From a virus, in the IMG/VR virus record IMGVR_UViG_3300029959_001566: DNA of 64,000 bases, one strand, 5' to 3'. Shown here in pieces: positions 16,632 through 25,226 of this stretch (within the stretch, counting starts at the first letter, position 1; each line of letters starts with the position of its first letter). Under the pieces are notes generated by a model, which worked only from the letters and a program-made list of their open reading frames with translations, did no database searches and was not told the DNA's origin. A program made the translations under genes and the position numbers.

Positions 16632-16830
16632 AACGTTGATTCAACGTTCAACGATGTGGGGTGAGATAGGGATAGGTCGATAGTGAATGTAGCAACTCTG
16701 AGTAAAAAAGTATGCTGAATACATATCACATTACGTATAGATAGAAAAGAGAGTATGGATAGGAGTATATAAACAGCACAACGTTCTGCCTTTGAGTTGA
16801 ACTCGAATCGTTGAACGTTGAGTTTACGTT
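16632..16830. repeat. 199-bp cassette bounded by 24-bp inverted repeats (cassette 2)
   Basis: Perfect 15-bp core TCAACGTTCAACGAT (16641-16655) / ATCGTTGAACGTTGA (16807-16821); 21/24 when extended. Confidence 0.9.
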
Positions 16831-16849
16831 ATTTTTTACGAGGTGGAGG

Positions 16850-17233
16850 ATGAAGATCTATATGCCAATTAGCCCGGATGAGGAGCACTACGCAATCTTC
16901 ACGGACAGATCACTAGCAGATACCGTACTGAGGCTCTTCAAGATGAAATTCGATGAAGAGTCTGAGATCCTGGAATACGACACGGACCAGAACACAGCCG
17001 AGCTAAAAGCAGGACTCAAGCCGTGGCTCATCTCTATAGAGCTCCGGGCAGGAATCATCCAGGGCAAGCCGGCAGTCGAGCTACAATGGCCACCACTACC
17101 AGAGGGTATCATCACCCAGAATGACGGCATGGTGCAGTATGCCTGCTGGGCAAAATCACCAGACGATGCCATCAGGCGCATTCCAGGCATGATAAAGGAT
17201 GCCCACGAAACCGCAATCGAGGTCGAGGCATGA
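16850..17233 (+). CDS. Hypothetical protein
   Basis: GGAGG RBS before ATG 16850. Confidence 0.65.
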   Translation: MKIYMPISPDEEHYAIFTDRSLADTVLRLFKMKFDEESEILEYDTDQNTAELKAGLKPWLISIELRAGIIQGKPAVELQWPPLPEGIITQNDGMVQYACWAKSPDDAIRRIPGMIKDAHETAIEVEA

Positions 17234-17460
17234 GCACAGTCCCGGACACCATAGCCCTGACCCTGCGCAAATGTGCTCGACGGGACAAGGGCAAGCGAGG
17301 GCTCACAATCTCAGACCTGGCCGACGTTTCTGGCATCAATCCCAAAGAGTGCCAGGCCTATCTTGCAGAGCACGGCTGGACTTCTGAAACCATCGGCTCA
17401 GGAATCACTATCTTTTGGGCCCCTGATACTGTTTTGAAAGAGCTAGGATTCGAGGAGTAG
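17230..17460 (+). CDS. Small HTH protein
   Basis: GLTISDLADVSGINPKECQAYL. Confidence 0.65.
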   Translation: MSTVPDTIALTLRKCARRDKGKRGLTISDLADVSGINPKECQAYLAEHGWTSETIGSGITIFWAPDTVLKELGFEE

Positions 17461-17763
17461 GTAATATGGTAGGTAACATGACAGGTAATGCAGTGGGCAA
17501 TCGCAGAGAGCGCCGGGCAGCCCGGAAGCTGCCAAAAGGCATCCCTGACAGGAGTGAGTGGGAAGCCACGGGACTCCAGGAGCAGGTTACGGCATATCTG
17601 AAATCCGAGCCGGGCGCCGGTCGTGCAAAGAGGCAGCCATGAGACCCGGAGCATCATTCCGCCTCAAGAAGGCCGCACAGGAGCGCAAGGACGAGGAGAA
17701 AGCCAAGCTCCTGGATGATCTAGGCAAGCAAAAGAGACCGAGCGGGGACAGGGGTGGTGCCTG

Positions 17764-18078
17764 ATGTCCGATAAGACCGACCTCTACTCAGACCGGGGCG
17801 TCTTGCTCAAGTCTGATGCGGATCTAAGCGCCCATTCTCTTCTGAAGGGTAATACTATGCACAGGCTCATTGCAATGACTAAGAGGATTACCACAGTCTT
17901 TCCGGTGGGCGCCGAGCCAGACCAGATACACAGCACATCGAGCGGGTACGGAGTGGTCGCCAGACCTTCGAAGCCACACGGCGGCTTTAGAACCCGTCAC
18001 TCAAAGCCCAGTCCGGCTGAGATCAAAGCCCAAAGACTGGTCTGGAAGAAAGAGAACAGGACCGGGAAGTGGCACTGA
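17764..18078 (+). CDS. Hypothetical basic protein
   Basis: Operon packing. Confidence 0.55.
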   Translation: MSDKTDLYSDRGVLLKSDADLSAHSLLKGNTMHRLIAMTKRITTVFPVGAEPDQIHSTSSGYGVVARPSKPHGGFRTRHSKPSPAEIKAQRLVWKKENRTGKWH

Positions 18079-18437
18079 TGACAGCCACAACCACCAAGAG
18101 TCAGAAAGCCAAGGGCAGAACGCTCCAGAATCAGGTACGGGACGACCTGATCAAGGCCCTATCACTAAATCCCGGTGACGTCCAGGGCCGAGGAATGGGC
18201 CAACAGGGTTGTGATATAGTGATGTCAAGCTCTGCTCGTCTCCTGGTACCGTTTGCAGTCGAATGCAAAAACCAGGAGCATATCAAGATCTGGGAAGCAC
18301 TACAGCAGGCCAACACCAACGCAGGCAAAGAGGATCTAAAACCCCTCTTAGTCTTCAAACGAAATCGTTCTGATATCTATGCCTGCATGAAATGGGAAGA
18401 TCTCCTGGCACTTTTGGGGGCGGTAAAATGCCTGTAG
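18069..18437 (+). CDS. PD-(D/E)XK Holliday-junction resolvase-like nuclease
   Basis: KAKGRTLQ..GCDI..FAVECKN..PLLVFKRN. Confidence 0.85.
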   Translation: MALMTATTTKSQKAKGRTLQNQVRDDLIKALSLNPGDVQGRGMGQQGCDIVMSSSARLLVPFAVECKNQEHIKIWEALQQANTNAGKEDLKPLLVFKRNRSDIYACMKWEDLLALLGAVKCL

Positions 18438-18561
18438 TCAGCCTATATTTTGAAAAGGATCACAAGCCAGCTGAGATATTCCACTTCGGCCAGCTCACAC
18501 CGGACCAGGTACACAGGTTGGAAGATGGGATCAGAGAACTCATGAAGAACGGGGCGCTCGA

Positions 18562-18951
18562 TTGAGGCCGACTATATGTACTTTGTCGGATCATACTGAA
18601 GTGCTAGGAGGGCAAGCGTTCATGGACAATAATCGAGATCGAGAGCCCATTTTCATCGAAGCCTGGGAAGTCTTTGGCCGGGAAAACAGAGAAGATCGGG
18701 TCATGGAAGAGGCCAGTGAAGTCATCCAGGCAATCCTCAAGCTCCGCAGGCCCGACGTCCGGAGGAGTGAGCGCCTCCAGGATGCCAGGCTCAACATGCT
18801 TGAGGAGGTTGCAGACCTCACAATCGTCCTGGACTGCCTCAGGCACATCATCTTGCACGGCCCGGATGCTGAGGAGCTGAAGGCCCTGGACTCCCTGAAG
18901 TGGCGCAAGTTCGTTTCCCAGGTCAAGGCAGAGCAGAAGGTGAAGGCGTGA
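18562..18951 (+). CDS. MazG-like nucleotide pyrophosphohydrolase (start maybe 18620)
   Basis: MEEASEVIQAILK..LEEVADLTIVL. Confidence 0.75.
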   Translation: MRPTICTLSDHTEVLGGQAFMDNNRDREPIFIEAWEVFGRENREDRVMEEASEVIQAILKLRRPDVRRSERLQDARLNMLEEVADLTIVLDCLRHIILHGPDAEELKALDSLKWRKFVSQVKAEQKVKA

Positions 18952-19313
18952 ACGTGCCTAGCAACAGAGTCGGTGCTATGCTGGGCGTCGATGGTGATGC
19001 TAAAGTCGTTGAGTTCCTGGGCTACGGAGTCTGCGAGGGAGAGAAGCCTGTCGCCAGGGACGCAGGCGGCTTGGCATCGCTCAAGTGGGCAGCATACAAT
19101 GATAGCAAAATCACAGCACACCTCACACAAGAAGAGAAAGAGGCCATTCTTCTCAATCCAATGATCCGGCTAGACAATGGCGACATCGTGTATGGCTGTG
19201 AATGCTGGTGGGGCCCAGAAGAAGGAATCAGAGATCAGCTGAAAAGGCTGGAATCTGAAGGCTTCGAGCTTCGAGAAGTACGAATATCAGATTTCAGGAG
19301 GGACGGCGCGTGA
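18948..19313 (+). CDS. Hypothetical phage protein
   Basis: GTGA overlap; NPMIRLDNGDIVYGCECWWG block. Confidence 0.6.
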   Translation: MNVPSNRVGAMLGVDGDAKVVEFLGYGVCEGEKPVARDAGGLASLKWAAYNDSKITAHLTQEEKEAILLNPMIRLDNGDIVYGCECWWGPEEGIRDQLKRLESEGFELREVRISDFRRDGA

Positions 19314-19404
19314 TTCGTGCAGCGGGGTGGGTCAGCACTACGCAGCTCTGGTCCATTGGCCCGAAGTTTGCCCACCGGGTCAGAACTGAGCAGAGGGTGA
19401 GGGT

Positions 19405-19851
19405 ATGAAAGGCGCAGGTACTCAGCTTATCAACATTCTGAAAAGGGACGGTCTGCTCGATGTCGTAATGGTGATCCCATCAGGTTCGACCTTTACATTC
19501 GAAGATTTGCCGGCGACACTCCCGGCCAAAGGCGCTGCCAGTACACTGAAAAAATATGAGCTGATCAAGAAGGTGCATGGAGGGTACAGGACCACAGGCT
19601 TGCATGACAAGCTCGTAAAGAGCCTAAAGGGCGAGCCCGTGGGGAAAGAGCGCCAGTACAAATATGCTGCTAAGATCCTGGACCAGCTGAAGAAGGGGTC
19701 GGCTTCTCAGAGCGCTATGGCCAAAGCGCTTAAGGTCCACCCTATCCAGCTCAAGCCGAGCTTAGCTCACCTGGCAAAGAAAGGGCAGATCAAGCACACG
19801 GGACGCGGGATGGCATCGAGGTGGGGGCTTGCGGAAGGGCAGGAGGTATAA
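19405..19851 (+). CDS. Tandem winged-helix protein
   Basis: SQSAMAKALKVHPIQLKPSLAHLAKKGQI..RWGL. Confidence 0.7.
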   Translation: MKGAGTQLINILKRDGLLDVVMVIPSGSTFTFEDLPATLPAKGAASTLKKYELIKKVHGGYRTTGLHDKLVKSLKGEPVGKERQYKYAAKILDQLKKGSASQSAMAKALKVHPIQLKPSLAHLAKKGQIKHTGRGMASRWGLAEGQEV

Positions 19852-20090
19852 CCGTGCGTAGCAGTAATACACGAGCCAACTATGCAAAATATCAGGTTCT
19901 CACGGCCATCAGAACACATCCTGGCTGCCACCTCCGCGACCTGGGTAGAATATGCCAGCGCGATTTCAAAGGAATCTGGAGCCTTGGCAAGGTTCAATGG
20001 ATAGTTGATGATCTGGAAGGGCGAAATAAAATCAGGTCAGAAATATGCATTGACAGGGGGCACACTTGCAGGAAGCTGTTTGCGCTTTAG
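19821..20090 (+). CDS. Winged-helix protein
   Basis: VLTAIRTHPGCHLRDL..VQWIVDDLEGRNKI. Confidence 0.65.
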   Translation: MGACGRAGGITVRSSNTRANYAKYQVLTAIRTHPGCHLRDLGRICQRDFKGIWSLGKVQWIVDDLEGRNKIRSEICIDRGHTCRKLFAL

Positions 20091-20155
20091 GCCCTCAATT
20101 ACATACTAGTATGGATCTTCAGCCATGCTCTATTGAGGAGAGAAAATCGCGGCCC

Positions 20156-20557
20156 ATGAAAAAACTGACCTGTGTCTTCAGAGAATGCCCGACATTTCGG
20201 GCCATCTGGCTGACCAAGGCAAGGGCTGACGCTACACACTCCCTACAATCGGTTGCGGGACAGGATGACCACGGAAGACTCATCTACAGAGGCAAGCTCT
20301 ACAATAGGCGTTCCTGGTCCTGGCGACCGCCTAAGATCATCTGGAGTCAGGGCAGGAGGGCACACGAACCCCCAAACCCCGATAACGCCAGGGTCCACAT
20401 ACTGAAAGAGGTTCTAAAAAACGGCGTTCTGTGCGTGGTAGCGATCAACAAATGCGATTGCGGTGGCCACCTTATACGGGATCTCATGACCTCCGATCTG
20501 TACTGTGAAGAATGCGGCCTGGTTTATGATAAAATAGTCTGGCTGCGAGAATATTGA
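20156..20557 (+). CDS. Protein with C-terminal TFIIB-type zinc ribbon
   Basis: CDCGGHLIRDLMTSDLYCEECGLVYD. Confidence 0.7.
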   Translation: MKKLTCVFRECPTFRAIWLTKARADATHSLQSVAGQDDHGRLIYRGKLYNRRSWSWRPPKIIWSQGRRAHEPPNPDNARVHILKEVLKNGVLCVVAINKCDCGGHLIRDLMTSDLYCEECGLVYDKIVWLREY

Positions 20558-20629
20558 TCATCTAGCCTGGGCCTGTGGGGCTTATGCCTCCTATTCCCTT
20601 TCACCCGCGGCCCCAGATCCCTTCTGACT

Positions 20630-20833
20630 ATGAACTGCCCTATCTGCGGTCAAAAGGGCGCTCTCATCGCCCAGTATGATCGCAGAGGTGCGCGTTATAC
20701 GCCCCATGCACACAGGAGGCTCAAGGTGTATCGATGTGCCAACAGGCACGAGTTCACCAACAACCAGCGACATATGATAGACACGATGGCCATGCACGTG
20801 GCACCCGCGGGTTCAACTCCCAAGGGCGACTAA
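20630..20833 (+). CDS. Zinc-ribbon protein (Ogr/Delta-like arrangement), candidate late activator
   Basis: MNCPICG..RRLKVYRCANRHEFT. Confidence 0.55.
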   Translation: MNCPICGQKGALIAQYDRRGARYTPHAHRRLKVYRCANRHEFTNNQRHMIDTMAMHVAPAGSTPKGD

Positions 20834-20856
20834 AAATCGGGTCATCAACTCGACAG

Positions 20857-20883
20857 GGCAGAGGGTTTGCGCTCTGCCTTTTC
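20857..20883 (+). terminator. Hairpin + T-tract after the early operon
   Basis: GGCAGAG/CTCTGCC 7-bp stem followed by TTTT. Confidence 0.4.
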
Positions 20884-21278
20884 AATCATCTCTATAGCGA
20901 GGCTTGCTTTCCCTGGGCCCTGGAGAGAGTCCGGGGCTGCTAATTCTGGCCTCGCTCTTCTTGTCATAGTCCCTGGTAGTTTCGAGCCTGAAGCTCTGTC
21001 CAGGATATGATCCCACAGATCCAAACTACACCTCTGAGAAGGGCACTAGCTCCCTTCTCATCTTATCACAGCTCCAATGACCCCACAAGGCGAGGAGGCC
21101 TGCATCGGTTAGCCAAAAAGCCATCTGAGGGCCGGGTTCGAGCCTCCTACCTTTCCTGGCCCTCAAATCTCCTTATTATTATGACAAATGAAGATTATTA
21201 TGCTGTCTTGGACCTCATGGACGAATGGGATGAGCTCAAGTCCATGAGCCAGGAAGAGATAGAACAGTACTGCAGATG

Positions 21279-21326
21279 AACCGCCCAAACTACCCAAAAA
21301 CTGCCCAAACTACCCAAAACTTCCCA
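21279..21326 (+). repeat. Short tandem repeat array upstream of terS
   Basis: 20-bp unit x2 (19/20 identical) built from five AACNNCCCA subunits. Confidence 0.85.
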
Positions 21327-21346
21327 CGTCAGCCGACAGTGATATA

Positions 21347-21808
21347 ATGAAGATAACTCCGGAAATACAACAATTCATTTACAACAATAATACTCTTAGC
21401 AGCAGGGCATTAGTGCCCATAATAGAGAGCACCTTCGGTGTCACGCTCACACACAAGGCGATTGAGCCTCACCTATCCAAGGCCCGGCTCGGCGTCCAGG
21501 CCGGCAACGCTGCTAAGGTCGCAGCCATCCAGGCCGAGGTCCTGAGCAATGAGAAGAGATATGTCGATAGGTACCTCGACTTTCTAGATAAAGAGATAGA
21601 AGCCTGGAATAAGCTCCTAGAGACGGGCGTCCAGGTCTTCCCCAAGAGAGATAATGAAGTCGAGCCGAGAGAGATCACCATAAACGATATCAAGGACAGG
21701 GCAGCAGCAAGCCAGAACCTGCTAAAGTGCATAAACTCCGTCCTTGATTTCGTGAAACCTCAGCCGGAATCCGGCGCCAAGGCTAAATTTGAATGGCTTA
21801 AAGAATGA
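21347..21808 (+). CDS. Putative terminase small subunit
   Basis: N-terminal HTH-like region, coiled coil, overlaps the TerL start. Confidence 0.65.
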   Translation: MKITPEIQQFIYNNNTLSSRALVPIIESTFGVTLTHKAIEPHLSKARLGVQAGNAAKVAAIQAEVLSNEKRYVDRYLDFLDKEIEAWNKLLETGVQVFPKRDNEVEPREITINDIKDRAAASQNLLKCINSVLDFVKPQPESGAKAKFEWLKE

Positions 21809-23271
21809 TCCTGCAGATAGAGGTCGATGGCAGGAAAGAACGCTTTGACCTCTTCAGGTTCTCAAAGCAGATCTTGGGCTATGACAAGCTCATAGATGAG
21901 CCCCACAGGCGTTGGGCTCAGCAGTGTGATGCCAGGCGTAAGCGCGCTCTGTACCTCAAGCCAAGAGGCACATACAAGAGCACGATATATACCATCTCTG
22001 ATAGCATATGGCGGCTCCTGGAGAACCCAGACCTTCGTATCCTCATAGCAAACGCCACAGAGGACCAGGCCAAGCAGTTCCTGGCCGAGATCTCAGGTCA
22101 CTATCTCAGGAACGAGCGCTTAAGAGAGCTTCATTACGAGATGTGGGGATGTGAGGCCCTTAACAAGGACTCAGCCAACGCAGAACGCCTCACTATCAAC
22201 TCCCGGAAGATCATCAGGAAAGAGCCCAGTATAGGCACCGTGGGCGCTCTTGGTAACATAGTTTCCTCTCACTACGATATAGTCAAGGTGGACGACCTCT
22301 GCAACCTGAAGGACAGGGAAAGCCCTGCCTACAGGGAAGCTAAAAAGAGGTGGTTCGAGAACCTTACTCCCATCCTGGTTGAAGGGGGGGAGATTCAGGT
22401 TGTAGGCACTCGCTGGCACGACCAGGATTGCTACGACCATATCATCAACACCGTCAACCCCAGGATGCCTGAAGGCGAGAAATATTTCGTCGATGTAGAG
22501 CCTTGCTGGCTGGATGACGGCATAACGCCCAGGTTTCCTGAGCTGCTGCCAAAGAAGAGGCTGGAAGGCCTCCTGGCTGAAATGGGTCCGCTCGTGTTTG
22601 CCTGCCAGGAAGAGCTGCAGCCCCTATCAGGCGAGTTCCAGATCTTCAAGCCCGAGAACATCCACACGATAGGCCATAATGAGATAGACCTCTCAGTATG
22701 TCAGCGCTTCGGGGCCCTGGACGCCTCGCAGGGCGGGGACGACCTCTCAGCCATTACTTCAGTCGCATGGACGCCTGATAATAAGCTCCTGGTCTTCCAT
22801 GCTGACCTGGAGCACGACGCCCAGAGCGATGCTGCCAAGAAGGTTGTTAAGTTCCACAAGCTCTTTAATTATCAGAAGTTCTGGGGTGAGATGAACATCC
22901 TGGGGCTGGCTAAAGAGAGGGCCAAGAAAGACCCAAAGGCGCTGAGCAACTTCGAGATCATCCTCAACCACGAGGCTAAGAAAGCAGGCGTCATAGTACC
23001 ATGGGCGCGTACCTGGAATACTCAGAACAAGGCTATCAGGATCACATCATTAGAGCCTCACTATACCAACGGCTCCTTACTCTTCTGGGATGACTACTTG
23101 CAGCAGTACCCATCCCTGATAACACAAATTACCCGGTTTCCAATGGGCCATGATGATGGACCCGACGCCCTCGAGCTCGTCTGCCGTGGCATATTAGAGC
23201 AGATGAATAAGCCCAAGCCCGTTACAAAGCTCACGATTGCCGGTACTGCCAAGGTACCGGCCTGGAAGTAA
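21805..23271 (+). CDS. terL: Terminase large subunit
   Basis: PRGTYKST Walker A, KVDDL Walker B, GTRWH, RNase H-like D..GGDD and HDDGPDAL. Confidence 0.95.
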   Translation: MILQIEVDGRKERFDLFRFSKQILGYDKLIDEPHRRWAQQCDARRKRALYLKPRGTYKSTIYTISDSIWRLLENPDLRILIANATEDQAKQFLAEISGHYLRNERLRELHYEMWGCEALNKDSANAERLTINSRKIIRKEPSIGTVGALGNIVSSHYDIVKVDDLCNLKDRESPAYREAKKRWFENLTPILVEGGEIQVVGTRWHDQDCYDHIINTVNPRMPEGEKYFVDVEPCWLDDGITPRFPELLPKKRLEGLLAEMGPLVFACQEELQPLSGEFQIFKPENIHTIGHNEIDLSVCQRFGALDASQGGDDLSAITSVAWTPDNKLLVFHADLEHDAQSDAAKKVVKFHKLFNYQKFWGEMNILGLAKERAKKDPKALSNFEIILNHEAKKAGVIVPWARTWNTQNKAIRITSLEPHYTNGSLLFWDDYLQQYPSLITQITRFPMGHDDGPDALELVCRGILEQMNKPKPVTKLTIAGTAKVPAWK

Positions 23272-23274
23272 TCA

Positions 23275-24978
23275 ATGACATACGACTCCCGATATCCCAG
23301 GTTCGTCCAGGATGCTAGAGCCCTAAATCGACAACAGCTCGGGCGCTCAGGCCTGGTCTATTACCGCCCGGGCTACATCAGGCGTGACAACCTCCCAGAA
23401 CTCCAGGGCCGCAACCTTTGGCTACAGCTGGACGAGATGGGGACCAATGACAGCACCATAGGCGGCGGGCTCTCTACTTATTCAACCTTCATTCGCAGGC
23501 CTGGGTGGAAGGTCAACCCAATAGACGACCGCAACACGGATAACAGCTCTGCAGACTTCCTGGAGAGCGTTATGAATGATATGTATCATTCATGGAAAAC
23601 CTTCATAGCCACAGCCGCACGCCCATCTCTTCAGTTCGGCTTTATGCCCTCTGAGAAGGTCTACAAGCTCCGGGAGGGGCCACAGGACGATTATCGCTAC
23701 TCATCAAAGTATGATGATGGTTACGTTGGCCTGTCAAACCTCGCTCCTCGCTTCCCTGATTCCATCCTTCACTGGAAGTACAACGATGAGGATGTAACCA
23801 GGCTGGATGGTCTTGTTCAGTTGGCCGCACCTGATTGGCATATGCAGTATATCCCAATCGAGAAGATCCTCAACATACGGGTGGAGCCTGGCAGGGATAG
23901 CCCAGAGGGACGATCGATATTGCGCTCCGCATGGCGATCCTGGCGAGCAAAGAAGTACAACGAGGATTTCCGCAATGTGGCGACCGAAATGGGCGGCACA
24001 GGCATACCATGGGCTGAAGTGCCTGTCAACATAGCCAACGCACCCGCAGGTATGGCAGCAGTCGCGGACCTGGAGCACGACGACCCCGCGTGGGTCGCAG
24101 CCAATGAGGCCCTGGCATCATACAACTCAATAGTGGAATCTCTCGAGAGCATAGGCCTTGGCCAGCAAAAATGGATGATTACTCCACAGATCTGGAATGA
24201 GCAGGGACAGCCACAGATCAAGATAGGCTTCTTGCAGCCTACACAGAATGGAGACCTCTTAGGTCACATCACAGAGACCATAGAGACTGAGGCTAAATCA
24301 ATCCTCATCTCAATGAACACAGAATTTCTAGCTCTGGGCATGGGTGGGACAGGTTCACTGGCCCTATCACGAGATAAAACGGATAACTTCACGCTTTCAG
24401 TAGGTGCGACACTCGAGGCCTTCAAGGAATCGATAAATGGCCAGGGTGTAACACAGCTATTCGCGCTAAACCCACAGTTCGAGTTCGAGAAAGACCAGCC
24501 ATTACCAGAGATAGCATATGATCCACTGGTGCCGCTATCGGTTCAAGATGTGGTAGCGATGCTAACACTCTTCGAGAAATCCGGGTGGGACCTCAGCAAG
24601 CAGGCTGGCATAAGGGACGCTCTCCTCAAGAGCCTGGGCCTGCCTGAGTATGTCGAGCAGGATGTAGATGAGGAGCTAGGAGACCTGGGCGACAGCCCCA
24701 TAGAAGCTGTGCTGGAAGGCAGGAGCGCCCTGGATGCAATCCTCGGCAAGGGCGAGGCTAAGAGGGACTATAAAAGGGAATACAGAGAATACCATGGTTC
24801 CCCAAAGCACATCAAAGAGCGAGCCCAGAGGAATGCAGCAAGGCGCGAGATGGGACTAAAGCCAGGTGACGGCAAAGAGGTCGATCATAAAAATCCTATC
24901 TCCAGAGGCGGCACCAACAGCTCAAGGAACCTCAGGGCCGTGAGTCGGGACACCAACAGGGGCAAAGGGGCATCATGA
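23275..24978 (+). CDS. Portal protein with in-frame C-terminal HNH domain
   Basis: Follows terL; portal-like size and fold pattern; last ~72 aa KRDYKREY..KEVDHKNPISRGGTNSSRNL. Confidence 0.85.
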   Translation: MTYDSRYPRFVQDARALNRQQLGRSGLVYYRPGYIRRDNLPELQGRNLWLQLDEMGTNDSTIGGGLSTYSTFIRRPGWKVNPIDDRNTDNSSADFLESVMNDMYHSWKTFIATAARPSLQFGFMPSEKVYKLREGPQDDYRYSSKYDDGYVGLSNLAPRFPDSILHWKYNDEDVTRLDGLVQLAAPDWHMQYIPIEKILNIRVEPGRDSPEGRSILRSAWRSWRAKKYNEDFRNVATEMGGTGIPWAEVPVNIANAPAGMAAVADLEHDDPAWVAANEALASYNSIVESLESIGLGQQKWMITPQIWNEQGQPQIKIGFLQPTQNGDLLGHITETIETEAKSILISMNTEFLALGMGGTGSLALSRDKTDNFTLSVGATLEAFKESINGQGVTQLFALNPQFEFEKDQPLPEIAYDPLVPLSVQDVVAMLTLFEKSGWDLSKQAGIRDALLKSLGLPEYVEQDVDEELGDLGDSPIEAVLEGRSALDAILGKGEAKRDYKREYREYHGSPKHIKERAQRNAARREMGLKPGDGKEVDHKNPISRGGTNSSRNLRAVSRDTNRGKGAS

Positions 24979-25226
24979 TTACATTTCAGGATAAATTAAA
25001 GGCAAGTGTTGAAAATGCGCTATACTGCATATACGTCGGGCAGGGCGACACCCTTGAACCCGGCTGGGCGGTCTTCTTCGCACCGATGATCAGAGAAGGC
25101 ATCAAGAACATCAAGGACGGCGCTAATCTACCCCAGGAGATAGCCGAATCGGTTGAGCTGTACAAGGATGAAAAGGATTTGCACAGTTATCACAGGCTCG
25201 ACGAGGACATCGATAAATCGACATGA
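24975..25226 (+). CDS. Small acidic hypothetical protein
   Basis: ATGA overlaps on both sides. Confidence 0.6.
   Translation: MITFQDKLKASVENALYCIYVGQGDTLEPGWAVFFAPMIREGIKNIKDGANLPQEIAESVELYKDEKDLHSYHRLDEDIDKST

Noticed and set aside
8681-16830. MITE explanation for the two IR cassettes
   Set aside because: No target-site duplications, interiors unrelated, and the arms overlap or abut the stop codons of similar genes; disfavoured but not excluded.
17459-17488. Three AGGTAA repeats at 12-bp spacing
   Set aside because: They overlap a stop codon, RBS-like sequence and start of a small ORF; likely by-product of translation signals.
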